In this document: piece by piece, positions 1 through 10,152 of the stretch
Layout of the letters: each line of letters opens with the position of its first letter
Position numbering within the stretch: position 1 is the stretch's first letter
The notes under the pieces: model-generated
Databases searched by the model: none
What the model saw: only the letters and a program-made list of their open reading frames with translations
What the model was told of the DNA's origin: nothing
Made by a program: the position numbers and the translations under genes
DNA from: an uncultured Acidobacteriota bacterium
GTDB lineage: Bacteria > Acidobacteriota > Thermoanaerobaculia > UBA5066 > DATFVB01
Assembly: GCA_963813155.1 (NCBI GenBank)
Contig: CAWEYG010000002.1
Span: 704,001 to 768,000, forward strand
Direction: 5' to 3'
DNA: 64,000 bases

Positions 1-100
1 CGCCTCCTATCCGTTCCGGATCTCGGAGTGACCTGGTTCGATTGCCTCCAAATCCGCAAGAGGGCATAATTCCACTCGAGATCTTGTTTTCGTCAAGCAA

Positions 101-798
101 ATGACACGAAACGTTCGGCGAACCCTCGGCGCGGCTCTGTCACTCGCTCTCGTCTTCCCGGCTGCTCCCCTTCTGGCCGGACACGGGGGCGGGTCGCATG
201 GCGGAGGCTCTCACAGTGGAGGATCGCACATCGGCGGATCCCACGGTGGCGGGTCGCACAGCGGTGGCTCCCACAGCGGCGGCTCGGCACGGCGGCGGCT
301 CCCATCGCGGGGGCGGTCATTCGGGCGGCCACGAGCGAAGCCACGGCCGGTCGCACTCGAGCGGCGAATGGATTTTCTTCGGCGCTCCCTTCTGGGGCGG
401 TCTCGGCTGGTGGTACCCCGATGCCGGGCCGTATGTCGAAGCGCCGGACGAATACCCCCCGGACGAGCGAGAGTACGGACCCGACGGCGCGATCGCGCCG
501 GATGCGGCGCCCGAAGATTCGGATGCCGACGAGCAGGACGCCGATGAGCCCGAGGACGCGCCGGCGTCACGACCGCGCGATGCTGACCTTCGCCGTCCAG
601 CCGGACGACGCGGCCGTCTACGTGGACGGGCACCTGCTCGGCACCGCGGAGGAAGTCGGCCGAACTCTTCGCGGCGTGCCCGTCTCGCCGGGCACGCACA
701 CGATCTCCGTCACTCGCCCCGGTCTCCGGGAATGGTCCTCCGAGATCGACGTCGCGTCCGGCGAATCGCGAAAAGTCGAAGCCTCGCTCGAGCGCTAG
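101..798 (+). CDS. Secreted Gly/Ser/His-rich protein with C-terminal PEGA-like domain (split by two apparent frameshifts, ~287 and ~570)
   Basis: Signal peptide MTRNVRRTLGAALSLALVFPAAPLLA then GGSH repeats (frame of 101..547). Continues in the frame of 198..833 (aromatic FWGGLGWWYP and an acidic linker), then the frame of 421..798 with PEGA-like LTFAVQPDDAAVYVDG...GTHTISV. Confidence 0.65.
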
Positions 799-820
799 TC
801 GCTCGAAGACTCTCCGGGCC

Positions 821-3800
821 CTACGACGCCTGATCCTTCTCCCACGCGTCGCGCGCGGGCGCTTGAATCGGGGCGAGAGATTTCTTCTGCAGCTCCCGGT
901 TGATCGCCGGAATTTCCGAATTGATCTTTTCGAACTGGCTCCGCGCTTCACCCAGCCTTTCGCCCAGCACCGGGATTTGAGCGAGCTGGCCGGCCGAGGG
1001 CCGTCCTCCGAATCCGTTGATCGCGCCGAAAAGGTCGGTCACCCATTCCCGCAGCTGCCGGTCGGAGTCCGACGGCATGCCCTCGAGGGCAGGATGCGTC
1101 GTCACGAGTGTCCGATGAAGCGCGTCGAGCCGGCCGGCGAGCTGCGACAGCTTTCGCGCGGCCGCGGAGCTCCCGAGCTTTCCCGATCGGTCGAGAGACT
1201 GATCGCGGACGCTCGTGACCGAGTCGGCCAGGAACGCGAGGTCCTCCTGCATCTGGTAGAGCCGCATCATCGCGTCCTGACGGGCCCGAATGTCGGCCGC
1301 GGAGTAAGGCAGGAGCGGATCGGGGGCCAGCACGAGATTTCCCGAGTACGTTTGCGCGCCGTCGATCACCTTCACGGTGTACGTTCCGACCGGAACCGTC
1401 GGCCCCACGAGGGCCCCGACGGCGAGACCGGTCGCGGTCGCCGTCTTGGGCGGCTTCAACCGGGTGTTCCAGAGGACGCGGTTGATTCCCTTCTTGTTAC
1501 TGCCCGGGAGGGTCGCGATCGTCTTGCCCGAGGCGTCGGCGATCTCGATTTTCGATTCGCCGAGGAGGCGCCGCTTGCTGCGGTAGAAGGAAATGACCGC
1601 GGAATCCGAGGGGTTCTCTCCCACGAAATCGCCGTCGCCGTTCCACGACTGCTGTTGAAACGGAATTCGAAGATAGGTCGGACGCGAGGAAAGGATCGTC
1701 ACGTCCGCGGCAAGCACCTCCGGCGTCAGCTGCCGCAGGACGGAGACGTCGTCGACGACGTAAAAGCCTCGCCCGTGCGTCGCCAGGACGAGGTCCGATT
1801 CGCGCGGATGCACCGCGATGTCGCGAACCGGCACCTTCGGAAGGTCTCCGGAAAACTGAGCCCATTCCTTCCCGCCGTCGATCGAAAGGAAGAGCCCCTG
1901 TTCGGTGCCCAGATAGAGAACGGAGGCGGACTTCGGGTCCTCGCGGATCACGTGCGCGTAGCCAGCTACATCGCCCGTCGCGAGCGGCGCCCAGGTTCGG
2001 CCGTAGTCCGTCGTCCGGTACACGTAGGCGGTGAAATCGCCGCGGGCGTGGTTGTCGAAGGTCGCGTACGCCGTGCCCGGCTCCCGGCGGCTCGCTTCGA
2101 TCCCGGAGACCCACGTGCCCTTCGGGACGCCCGGAACGTTGGCGACGACGTTTACCCAGTGCGCGCCGCCGTCGCGCGTGACCTGGAGATTGCCGTCGTC
2201 GGTGCCCGCCCAGATGACCTTTGCATCCAGGGGCGAAGGCGCGATCACGTAGATCGTGCAATGGTTCTCCGCAGAGCTGTCGTCGGGGGTGAGTCCGCCC
2301 GACTCGACCTGCCGCTCGAGCTCCGGGTTATCGGTCGTCAGATCCCCCGAGATCTGCCTCCACGACTCCCCCTGGTCGGTCGACGCGAAGAGGTACTGCG
2401 CGCCGGCCAGCAGCAGATGAGGATCCGCCGGCGACACCACGAACGGCGACTCCCAGTTGAACCGGAGGATCTTCTCGCCCTTCGACGGATACGGGCGGAT
2501 CTGCTTGGTCTCCTTCGTCTTCCGGAAGAACTTGTAGATCTCGCCTCCCTGGTACTCCCAGAAGATGACGTTCGCGTCGGTCGGGTCGGGAAACGTGTAC
2601 ATCCCGTCGCCGAAGCCGAAGTTCTTCCATTCGTCGTTGCCGATCCCGCCCCCGCCGCTCGACGGGCCGTACCAGCAGCCGTTGTCCTGGAAGCCGCCGT
2701 ACACGTTGTACGGCTGCGCCTCGTCGAGCGCGACGCGGTACGGCTGAGAAACGGGAAGCGTCCGCAGGAACATCCAGCGGCCGCCCCGGTCCCACGAAAC
2801 GTAGACGCCCCCGTCGGTGCCGAGCATGAGGTGATCGGAGTTCGCCGGGTCGATCCAGAACGCGTGCGTGTCGGAGTGGTAGCTGCCGAAGTTGAACCCG
2901 GCGCCCGAGAACGATTTTCCGCCGTCCTCGGACATCGTGAGCATGAAGCCCGGTTTGTAGACCCGCTCGGGATTACGGGGATCGACGGCGAGGTGCGAAA
3001 AGTAGAACGGCCGCACGCCCACGTTGAACGAGGTGTTGATCATCCGCCAGGACTCGCCCGAATCGTCGGAACGGTAGAGGGCCGTCCGGCTCGACTCGAC
3101 GGTCGCGTACACGGTTTCGGGACGGGATGGCGCGATCGCGATCGCGATGCGCCCGAGGTCTCCGCCCGGAATTCCATTGACGATCCGCTTCCAGTGGGCG
3201 CCCCCGTCGGCCGACTTGTAGAGCCCGGAGCCCGGCCCGCCCGACCGGAAGAAATCGGGCCGCCGGCGGAAGTCCCACATCGCCGCGTAAACGAGCTTCG
3301 GGTTCTTCGGGTCGATCGCGACATCCGCGCACCCGGTCGAGGCATTCACGTAGAGAGCCTTCTGCCAGGTCTTTCCGCCGTCGGAGGTCTTGAACAGGCC
3401 GCGCTCCGCGCTGTCGTTCCACAGGTGACCCACGGCCGCGACGAAAACCGTCGAAGAGTCGGTCGGGTCAACGGCGACGCGCGCGATACGCTCCGTGTCG
3501 CCGAGACCAACGAGACGCCAGTCATCCCCGCCGTCGTCGGTTCGATAGAGGCCGGAGCCGAGGGAAACGCTGTTTCGCGTGTCCCCCTCCCCGGTGCCGA
3601 CCCACACGGTTTCCGGATGGGCCTGGTCGATCGCGACCGAGCCGATCGATTGCGAGTACTTGTCGAAGACCGGCTTGAACGTCACGCCTCCGTCGATCGA
3701 CTTCCACACTCCGCCGCCGGCCGCGCCGACGTAGATCAGTTTCGGGTTCTTCGCCGACGCATCGATCGCCTCGATTCGGCCGCCGAACACGGCCGGCCCG

Positions 3801-3910
3801 ATCGCTCGCGCGTGCAGCCCGGCGATCGCGGAGGAATCCAGCTTCGCCGCGCTCGAAGAGCCGGCGGCCGCGACCACCGCGGCGAAGAGGAGCGCGAGGC
3901 GATTCTTCAT
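821..3910 (-). CDS. Secreted BNR/Asp-box repeat protein (VPS10/sortilin-like, often annotated glycosyl hydrolase)
   Basis: Start MKNRLALLF with a signal peptide; IGPAVFGGRI motif; many S/TxDGGxxW Asp-boxes; C-terminal helical region. Overlaps the upstream gene by 4 nt. Confidence 0.85.
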   Translation of the reverse strand: MKNRLALLFAAVVAAAGSSSAAKLDSSAIAGLHARAIGPAVFGGRIEAIDASAKNPKLIYVGAAGGGVWKSIDGGVTFKPVFDKYSQSIGSVAIDQAHPETVWVGTGEGDTRNSVSLGSGLYRTDDGGDDWRLVGLGDTERIARVAVDPTDSSTVFVAAVGHLWNDSAERGLFKTSDGGKTWQKALYVNASTGCADVAIDPKNPKLVYAAMWDFRRRPDFFRSGGPGSGLYKSADGGAHWKRIVNGIPGGDLGRIAIAIAPSRPETVYATVESSRTALYRSDDSGESWRMINTSFNVGVRPFYFSHLAVDPRNPERVYKPGFMLTMSEDGGKSFSGAGFNFGSYHSDTHAFWIDPANSDHLMLGTDGGVYVSWDRGGRWMFLRTLPVSQPYRVALDEAQPYNVYGGFQDNGCWYGPSSGGGGIGNDEWKNFGFGDGMYTFPDPTDANVIFWEYQGGEIYKFFRKTKETKQIRPYPSKGEKILRFNWESPFVVSPADPHLLLAGAQYLFASTDQGESWRQISGDLTTDNPELERQVESGGLTPDDSSAENHCTIYVIAPSPLDAKVIWAGTDDGNLQVTRDGGAHWVNVVANVPGVPKGTWVSGIEASRREPGTAYATFDNHARGDFTAYVYRTTDYGRTWAPLATGDVAGYAHVIREDPKSASVLYLGTEQGLFLSIDGGKEWAQFSGDLPKVPVRDIAVHPRESDLVLATHGRGFYVVDDVSVLRQLTPEVLAADVTILSSRPTYLRIPFQQQSWNGDGDFVGENPSDSAVISFYRSKRRLLGESKIEIADASGKTIATLPGSNKKGINRVLWNTRLKPPKTATATGLAVGALVGPTVPVGTYTVKVIDGAQTYSGNLVLAPDPLLPYSAADIRARQDAMMRLYQMQEDLAFLADSVTSVRDQSLDRSGKLGSSAAARKLSQLAGRLDALHRTLVTTHPALEGMPSDSDRQLREWVTDLFGAINGFGGRPSAGQLAQIPVLGERLGEARSQFEKINSEIPAINRELQKKSLAPIQAPARDAWEKDQAS

Positions 3911-4665
3911 TTCTTCTCTTTCTCGGGCGCCGGTTTCGCGGCCGCCGCCGGCATCGCGAAGATCTTGTCGTCGATCGCGACGTTTGCCTGGATGTCGTCG
4001 ACGGTGAACTGCCCGACCGACTTTCCGCCGACTTTGTTCTCGATCGAATACGGAAAGAGCACGCCGTTGACCGGCTTGAAATTCGTCATGTAGCTGTCGA
4101 CTTCGACTTCCGATCCCTGCTGCTTGCGTTTCGTCGTCTCCTTGACCTGCAGGCTGGTCTCGGTGTCGATGTAGACATACGAAATGTCGCCGTTTTTCAG
4201 GCTGACTTTCAGCTTGTACGCGGGCGATCCGTCGACGTCTTCCTTGCCCAGGAGCTCGACGGAGCTCCCTTTGGCCTTGTAGTCGACGATGGCGCCGTCC
4301 ATGTCCGCCTGCTCGATCACGTCTTTCGCATCGTCTTCCGACATCGCCTGGGGATCGGGCGATCCCAGGAAGGGCATGATCATCCAGGCCGTCTTGCCGT
4401 CGTAGGCCTGCACGATCGTCTTGCCCTGTATCGTCATTTCGAGGCGGACCCTCTCGGGGCGCTTGAGATCCATCTTTCCCGGGAATTCCAGCCCCTGCTG
4501 GTTCGCCTTGATTTTCATTTCGAGGCTCTGGATCGCCTTGATTTTCTCCAGCCCGCCGCGCGCCGCCACGTTCTTCGCGATCACGTCGTCGGCCGTCTCG
4601 GCGGCGGCCGAGGCGGCCAATGCCAGAGACGCCGCGGCGATGAACTTCTTGAGATACAGGCTCAT
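3907..4665 (-). CDS. Periplasmic LolA-like / outer-membrane lipoprotein-sorting protein
   Basis: SD AAGGAGGA before MSLYLKKF; signal peptide; NVAARGGLEKIKAI and YDGKTAW motifs; C-terminal NVAIDDKIFAMP typical of LolA-like folds. Confidence 0.7.
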   Translation of the reverse strand: MSLYLKKFIAAASLALAASAAAETADDVIAKNVAARGGLEKIKAIQSLEMKIKANQQGLEFPGKMDLKRPERVRLEMTIQGKTIVQAYDGKTAWMIMPFLGSPDPQAMSEDDAKDVIEQADMDGAIVDYKAKGSSVELLGKEDVDGSPAYKLKVSLKNGDISYVYIDTETSLQVKETTKRKQQGSEVEVDSYMTNFKPVNGVLFPYSIENKVGGKSVGQFTVDDIQANVAIDDKIFAMPAAAAKPAPEKEKK

Positions 4666-4841
4666 GGGAATCCTCCTTACCGCGAGAATTTTCACTCCGG
4701 TTGGCGAATATTACGACGAGAAGGGGAAAACGTTCTCGGGCCGGCGAGATCCCCGAAATACATCCGGCGTTTAACCTTATCGGAGTAGCTTCGGCACCGG
4801 TCTTGCTTCCCCGGCTTCGGGAGAGAGAAACGAGGCGAAAG

Positions 4842-5545
4842 ATGCGGACGAGCCCCGAGCGCAAGTGGCGAAAGAATTTCCGGGTCGCGGCCGCCGCGTG
4901 CCTGATCGTCGACTTTCGCTGCCGAGCCTCCGGGCGCAATCGGACGAACCGTGTTCCGCAACCGCGGACCCGGCCGAAACGCGTCTCCCCGATTCGGTGC
5001 TCGCGATGCGGATGGAAGCCGTGGACGACGCTCCGCCCCCGCCACCGGCGACCCAGCCCTCGCTGCAGGACCTGGGCTTCACGGCGGAACAGACCCGGGG
5101 CAATCTCCTCGATCAGGCCACCCTGGACAAACGATCGCGCATGCTGAAGATGCACCAGAAACTCGGCTTGATCACGCTCGCTCCGCTGCTCGCCACGATC
5201 TTCACGTCGAACAACGCCACCCGGAAGGGAACGTCCGCGGGGCGAAATCTGCACGGCGCGCTCGGCATCGTGACCGCGGGCCTGTACATCACGACCGCGT
5301 CTTACGCCCTTCGGGCGCCGAAACTGCCGGGCACCGAGACCCGGGGCCCCATCCGCCTGCACAAGGCGCTCGCCTGGATCCACGGCATCGGGATGATCCT
5401 GACGCCGATCCTCGGCGCCATGGCGAGGTCCCAGCTCGACCGCGGAGAACGGGTCCACGGAATCGCCTCGGCGCACTCCGCCGTGGCGGACGTCACGGTC
5501 GCCGCCTATGCCGCGGCGATCGGGGCCGTGGCGATCAAGTTTTGA
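4842..5545 (+). CDS. Hypothetical four-TM membrane protein with intramembrane His residues (cytochrome b561-like?); probable frameshift near 4910
   Basis: ORF 4865..5545 has hydrophobic helices next to HQKLG, HGALG, HKALAWIHG and AHSAV. A signal-like N-terminus lies in another frame from ATG 4842. Confidence 0.55.
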
Positions 5546-5552
5546 GACGCGA

Positions 5553-6125
5553 ATGCGGCCGACGATGAACGAACGGGCTCGCTCCACCGTCGCGGCGATC
5601 TTCCTGCTGCTTTCGATCCCCGTGTGCGCGTTCGCCGACAGCCAGTGGACGCTCGAAAAATCGACGCTCGCGTACCACGTTTCCCACCCATTGCACGAGA
5701 CGGAGGGAGTCAGCCACGAAGCCCGCGGCAAGGCGATCTGCCGGGGCGGCCAGTGCGAAATCCTCGTCGCGGTGCCCGTCAAGTCGTTCGATTCGGGAGA
5801 CAGCAACCGCGACCTCCACATGCTGCAGGTGGCGCGCGGCGCGCAGTTCCCCATGGTCGTCGTCCGCGCGCGCGTGCCCGAGACGGCCGCCCAGTCCCCG
5901 TCGGTCGACGTGGACCTGGAAATTCAGTTTGCAGGGCAGACCGTCAGCTACAAGAAAGTTCCGTTCCACCCGACGCCCCAGGGCGACGGGATCCGGATCA
6001 CCGGAACGATTCCGGCGACGCTCGCGGATTTCAAAATCGACCCGCCGACGCTCCTGACGGTGCCGACCAAGAACGAAATCCCGATCCGCGTCGACTTGTT
6101 CGTGCGCCGCCGGCCGGCAAAATAG
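5553..6125 (+). CDS. YceI-like periplasmic lipid/polyisoprenoid-binding protein
   Basis: Signal peptide; STLAYHVSHPLHETEG, SFDSGDSNRDLHM and DFKIDPP motifs resemble the YceI family. Confidence 0.75.
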   Translation: MRPTMNERARSTVAAIFLLLSIPVCAFADSQWTLEKSTLAYHVSHPLHETEGVSHEARGKAICRGGQCEILVAVPVKSFDSGDSNRDLHMLQVARGAQFPMVVVRARVPETAAQSPSVDVDLEIQFAGQTVSYKKVPFHPTPQGDGIRITGTIPATLADFKIDPPTLLTVPTKNEIPIRVDLFVRRRPAK

Positions 6126-6154
6126 AACCGATTTCAAACAGAAATTTGGACGAC

Positions 6155-6228
6155 TGTCCGATTTTTCGGACAATCGAATCCCGTAACCTTTCGGTTTAAT
6201 TGGACGAGTCGCTGGCATTGGCCGTGCT
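6155..6228 (+). promoter_or_regulatory. Sigma54-type promoter with upstream palindromic site
   Basis: TGGCATTGGCCGTGCT at 6213-6228 has GG-N10-GC spacing. Perfect-armed palindrome TGTCCGA-TTTT-TCGGACA at 6155-6172. Confidence 0.55.
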
Positions 6229-6242
6229 CATCCTTCCCGCCG

Positions 6243-6677
6243 ATGGCACGAGGCCCCCTCCTGGCAGCCGGCAATTCGACCGACGCCAGCCGAACAGACT
6301 ACTTTCCCGGACTTCCGCAATCGTTCGGACGAGCGCTGCGCGAACAACGAGAGAGCCGCAACGTCGGGCTGCGACGCCTGGCGCGCGTCAGCGGCCTGAG
6401 CGCGTCGTACCTGTCGCGCATCGAGCGCGATCTCGTGCCGCCGCCGAGCCTCAAACTCATCCACGAGCTCGCGCGGGCGCTGGGCGCCGACCCCGAGGTC
6501 CTGCTCGCGGCCGCCGGCGTCATTCCCGATCATCTTCTGGCGGTCCTGCGAGAGAGGCCGGCGCCGATGGCGCTGCTCCTCGCCGTCATGGGGCGGATGA
6601 CCGACGACGAGCTCCTCGGGGTGTGCGCGGAGCTTCGCCATCGGCAAGGGTTGAAGACCGCAGAAAAAGACGGATAG
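6243..6677 (+). CDS. XRE-family helix-turn-helix transcriptional regulator
   Basis: FGRALREQR...LRRLARVSGLSASYLSRIE...PPS HTH_3 signature. Confidence 0.85.
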   Translation: MARGPLLAAGNSTDASRTDYFPGLPQSFGRALREQRESRNVGLRRLARVSGLSASYLSRIERDLVPPPSLKLIHELARALGADPEVLLAAAGVIPDHLLAVLRERPAPMALLLAVMGRMTDDELLGVCAELRHRQGLKTAEKDG

Positions 6678-6686
6678 AGTGGCGGC

Positions 6687-7215
6687 ATGATGAAAGTGCT
6701 GCTCGGAATCGCGCTCGGAGTGCTGCTCGTCGCCGGCGCCGTCTTGTTCTATTTCTCCACCGGCCGCGCCCCGGTCGCAGCGTCGGCTCCCCCGATGCCG
6801 TTCGAGAGAACGTTCGCCCGAATGGGGCTGCATGCGTATCTGGCGCGGCTTCCGCACCCGAAGCCTCCGATTCCGGCTGACGAAGCGAACCTCCTCGCCG
6901 GAGCGATGATCTACCGGGAAGAATGCGCCGTCTGCCACGGGCTGCCGGGGCTGGACAAGAGCGCGATCGCCCGGGGCATGTTTCCGCCGCCGCCACCGCT
7001 GTTCCAGGGCAAGGGCGTGACCGACGACGAGCCGTGGGAGTCGTACTGGAAGGTCGAAAACGGGATTCGAATGTCGGGAATGCCGGAGTTCAAAGGCAGC
7101 CTCACGGAGACGCAGATCTGGCAGGTGAGCGTCGCTCGTCGCGAACGCGGACAAGCTGCCCGCGACGGTCCGAAACGAGCTCTCCTCGACGGCGGCCGCT
7201 CCTACAGCGAAGTAG
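6687..7215 (+). CDS. Membrane-anchored monoheme cytochrome c (frameshift near 7133)
   Basis: N-terminal TM, CAVCH heme motif and GIRMSGMP distal-ligand motif. The natural C-terminus LVANADKLP...TAK* lies in a shifted frame ending at 7215. Confidence 0.8.
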
Positions 7216-7309
7216 AGAAGATCCCGCATCCCTCTCCCCGGAGAGATACAATCGAGGCCACAGGACGACACCGGCCGCGCCGCACGAGACGCGCCGATAT
7301 GGAGAAGAC

Positions 7310-7498
7310 ATGACAAGACGGACGCGCGACGAGGGAGAAGACTGCCCGATCGGCAAATGCAAGGCCCGCGGATTTCATTTTCGCGAAGAGGCCGTGCAGA
7401 ACGGCCAACCGATGACGAACTGGCACTGCCCCGACGGCTCGTCGCATCTCCTGCCACGAGAGTGGAAACCGGAAGAAGAGCGGCCGGCGAAAAAGTAA
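7310..7498 (+). CDS. Small Cys/His-containing hypothetical protein (62 aa)
   Basis: SD-like GGAGAAG before ATG 7310; sequence MTRRTRDEGEDCPIGKC...WHCPDGSSH...KK*; fills the gap between two genes. Confidence 0.55.
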   Translation: MTRRTRDEGEDCPIGKCKARGFHFREEAVQNGQPMTNWHCPDGSSHLLPREWKPEEERPAKK

Positions 7499-7547
7499 CC
7501 GGGTCGGTTTGAACCTCCGATAGAATCCGCGACTTGAGAGACACCGC

Positions 7548-10142
7548 TTGAGCCTTGCCTCCGGGACCCGCCTGGGGCCGTACGAAATCTCGTCCCCGCT
7601 CGGCGCGGGCGGAATGGGAGAGGTCTACAGGGCGAGGGACACGCGCCTCGGAAGAGACGTCGCGATCAAGGTGCTGCCCGAGCGACTCGCGGAGGATCCG
7701 GAAGCTCTCGCCCGTTTCGAAACCGAAGCGCGCGCCGTCGCCGCCCTTTCGCATCCGAACATTCTCGGGATCTTCGATTTCGGGCGGGAGAACTCCGTCG
7801 TCTTCGCGGTGATGGAGCTCCTCGAGGGCTCGACGCTCCGGGAGCGCCTCGACGCGGGCGCCCTGCCGTTTCGAAAATGCATCGATTACGGAATTCAAAT
7901 CGCGGAGGGCCTCGCGGCGGCGCACGACAAGGGAATCGTTCACCGGGATTTGAAGCCGGAGAACGTGTTCGTGACGCCCGAAGGGCGCATCAAAATCCTC
8001 GACTTCGGCCTCGCGAAGTCGCTCGGCGTCGTTTCCGCGGGAACCGACACGCAGTCGCCGACTCTGGCGCAGGCAACGGACCCGGGCACCGTTCTCGGGA
8101 CCGTCGGCTATATGTCCCCCGAGCAGGTTCGGGGGCGCGGCGCGGACGCGCGCAGCGACATCTTCTCGTTCGGCGCCGTCACGTACGAGATGGCGACCGG
8201 CAAGAGGCCGTTCTCGGGAACCTCGGCCGTCGAAACAATGAACGCCGTCCTGAAGGAGGAGCCGCCGGAGATCTCGACGATCCGGAGCGTTCCCCCGGAA
8301 TTCGAACGGATCGTCCGGCACTGCCTCGAAAAATCCCCGGAAGAACGCTTTCAGTCGGCGCGCGACATCGTCTTCGCGCTCCAGTCGCTCGGGCAGGGAT
8401 CTTCCACGCGGCTGCGAGCCGTCGGCGGAGCGGGAACGATTTCGGTTCGAAGATGGGCTCTCCCGGCGGGAATCCTGGCCGCAGTCGCCGCGGCGGCGCT
8501 CGCGTACTGGGCCGGCCGCGGCGCGGGCGAACGCCGCGCGCGTTCGAACCCTCCCTCGTTTCAGAGACTCACGTTCCGGCGGGGCACCGTCTTCAACGCG
8601 CGGTTCGCGACCGACGGCAAGACGGTCGTCTATAGCGCGGCCTGGCAGGGAGAATCGCCGGCACTCTTCACCGTTCGGTCCACGGGCCCCGATTCGCAGA
8701 AACTCGATCTGCCGCCGGCGATGCTCTACTCGGTTTCGCATTCCGACGAGCTCGCGATCGGCCTGGGCTGGCATTACACGCTCGGATTCACGTCCGAAGC
8801 GACGCTCGCCCGGGCCGCGCTGTCCGGCGGGACCCCGCGGCCGGTCGCCGAGCGGGTCGTCTCGGCCGACTGGGCGCCCGACGGTGAAAACCTCGCGATC
8901 TCGCGATACGTCGACGCGAAGGACGTGCTCGAGTACCCGATCGGCCACGCGATCTATTCGACGCTTGGCTGGATCGACGGCGTCCGGATCTCCCCGGACG
9001 GCGACCATGTCGCGTTCGCCGAGCACCACCAGCGCGGAGACTCGGCCGGCGACGTCATGCTCGTCGACCGCGGCGGCAAGACGAAAACGCTCGTCGCCGG
9101 TCTCACGATCATCGACGGGATCGCCTGGGCCCCGGGCGGACGCGAGATCCTCTGGAGCGGAGTTCGTTCGGGCAACAACGCCGCCCTGTCCGCCGCGGAT
9201 CTCTCCGGCCGGGAAAGGCTGATCTATCGGAGCGGGATCTCGGAAAGTTTGAACGACGTCGCGCCGGGCGGATCGGCCCTCGTGACTCAGACGAGCACCC
9301 GCCGCGAAACGTACCTCGCGGGCAGGGCCGGAGGCCGCGACCGCGACCTCTCGTGGCTCGACTGGACGTTCCCCGACGACATCTCGCCGGACGGAAACTG
9401 GCTGCTCAGCACCGAGCAGGGACAGGCGACGCGAACCGATTACCTCGTCTACCTGAGAAAGACCGACGGCTCGCCGGCTGTTCAGCTCGGCACGGGAAAC
9501 GCGACGACGATCTCGCCCGACGGACGCTTCGTCGCCGCGATTCGAGCTCCCGCCCCCGGCGAGAAGGGGCGACGGATCGTGCTGTATCCCACGGGAGCCG
9601 GGCAATCGACGGTCCTCGACCTTCCGAATCTCGACCCGATCTGGGCGGCCTGGTTCCCCGACGGCAAGCGGCTTCTCCTGAGCGCGGACGCGCCGAATCA
9701 TCCGGCGGGAATCTACGAGGTCGCGATCGGGGGAGCCCCGCCGCGGCTCATTTCCGCGCCGCCGATGAACCCGTTCTTTGCCTCCGTCTCGCCCGACGGC
9801 GGCTCGATCGGGGGTCTCACGGCCGACCTTCGAGTGACGATCGTACCTGTGCAGGGCGGAGCGCCACGCGTCTTCCCGGCCGATCTCAACGCGATCAACT
9901 TCATCCGATGGAGCGCGGACGGGCGGTCGGTCTTCTACCAGGAGCGCTCGCGGAACCCCGCGCGAATCCAGCGGCTCGACCTCGCGACGGGCCTTCACGA
10001 AATGGTGAGGGAGGTCGCCCCCCAGGATCCCGCCGGCGTCATTGGAATCGGCCCCCTCTGGATCACGCCGGACGGCCAGACGGTCGTCTACTCCTACCGC
10101 CGGGGCCTGACCGACCTGCTGCTCGCCGAGGGGCTGAAGTAG
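7548..10142 (+). CDS. Ser/Thr protein kinase, TM helix, TolB-like (PD40) beta-propeller sensor
   Basis: [38 protein letters not shown]; hydrophobic segment; repeated SPDG motifs. Confidence 0.93.
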   Translation: MSLASGTRLGPYEISSPLGAGGMGEVYRARDTRLGRDVAIKVLPERLAEDPEALARFETEARAVAALSHPNILGIFDFGRENSVVFAVMELLEGSTLRERLDAGALPFRKCIDYGIQIAEGLAAAHDKGIVHRDLKPENVFVTPEGRIKILDFGLAKSLGVVSAGTDTQSPTLAQATDPGTVLGTVGYMSPEQVRGRGADARSDIFSFGAVTYEMATGKRPFSGTSAVETMNAVLKEEPPEISTIRSVPPEFERIVRHCLEKSPEERFQSARDIVFALQSLGQGSSTRLRAVGGAGTISVRRWALPAGILAAVAAAALAYWAGRGAGERRARSNPPSFQRLTFRRGTVFNARFATDGKTVVYSAAWQGESPALFTVRSTGPDSQKLDLPPAMLYSVSHSDELAIGLGWHYTLGFTSEATLARAALSGGTPRPVAERVVSADWAPDGENLAISRYVDAKDVLEYPIGHAIYSTLGWIDGVRISPDGDHVAFAEHHQRGDSAGDVMLVDRGGKTKTLVAGLTIIDGIAWAPGGREILWSGVRSGNNAALSAADLSGRERLIYRSGISESLNDVAPGGSALVTQTSTRRETYLAGRAGGRDRDLSWLDWTFPDDISPDGNWLLSTEQGQATRTDYLVYLRKTDGSPAVQLGTGNATTISPDGRFVAAIRAPAPGEKGRRIVLYPTGAGQSTVLDLPNLDPIWAAWFPDGKRLLLSADAPNHPAGIYEVAIGGAPPRLISAPPMNPFFASVSPDGGSIGGLTADLRVTIVPVQGGAPRVFPADLNAINFIRWSADGRSVFYQERSRNPARIQRLDLATGLHEMVREVAPQDPAGVIGIGPLWITPDGQTVVYSYRRGLTDLLLAEGLK

Positions 10143-10152
10143 AGGGGTTTTC

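Noticed and set aside
3911-5854. N-terminal extension of the 1677-aa ORF 821..5854
   Set aside because: It overlaps real genes on both strands and is Arg-rich nonsense; the true start with a signal peptide is at 3910.
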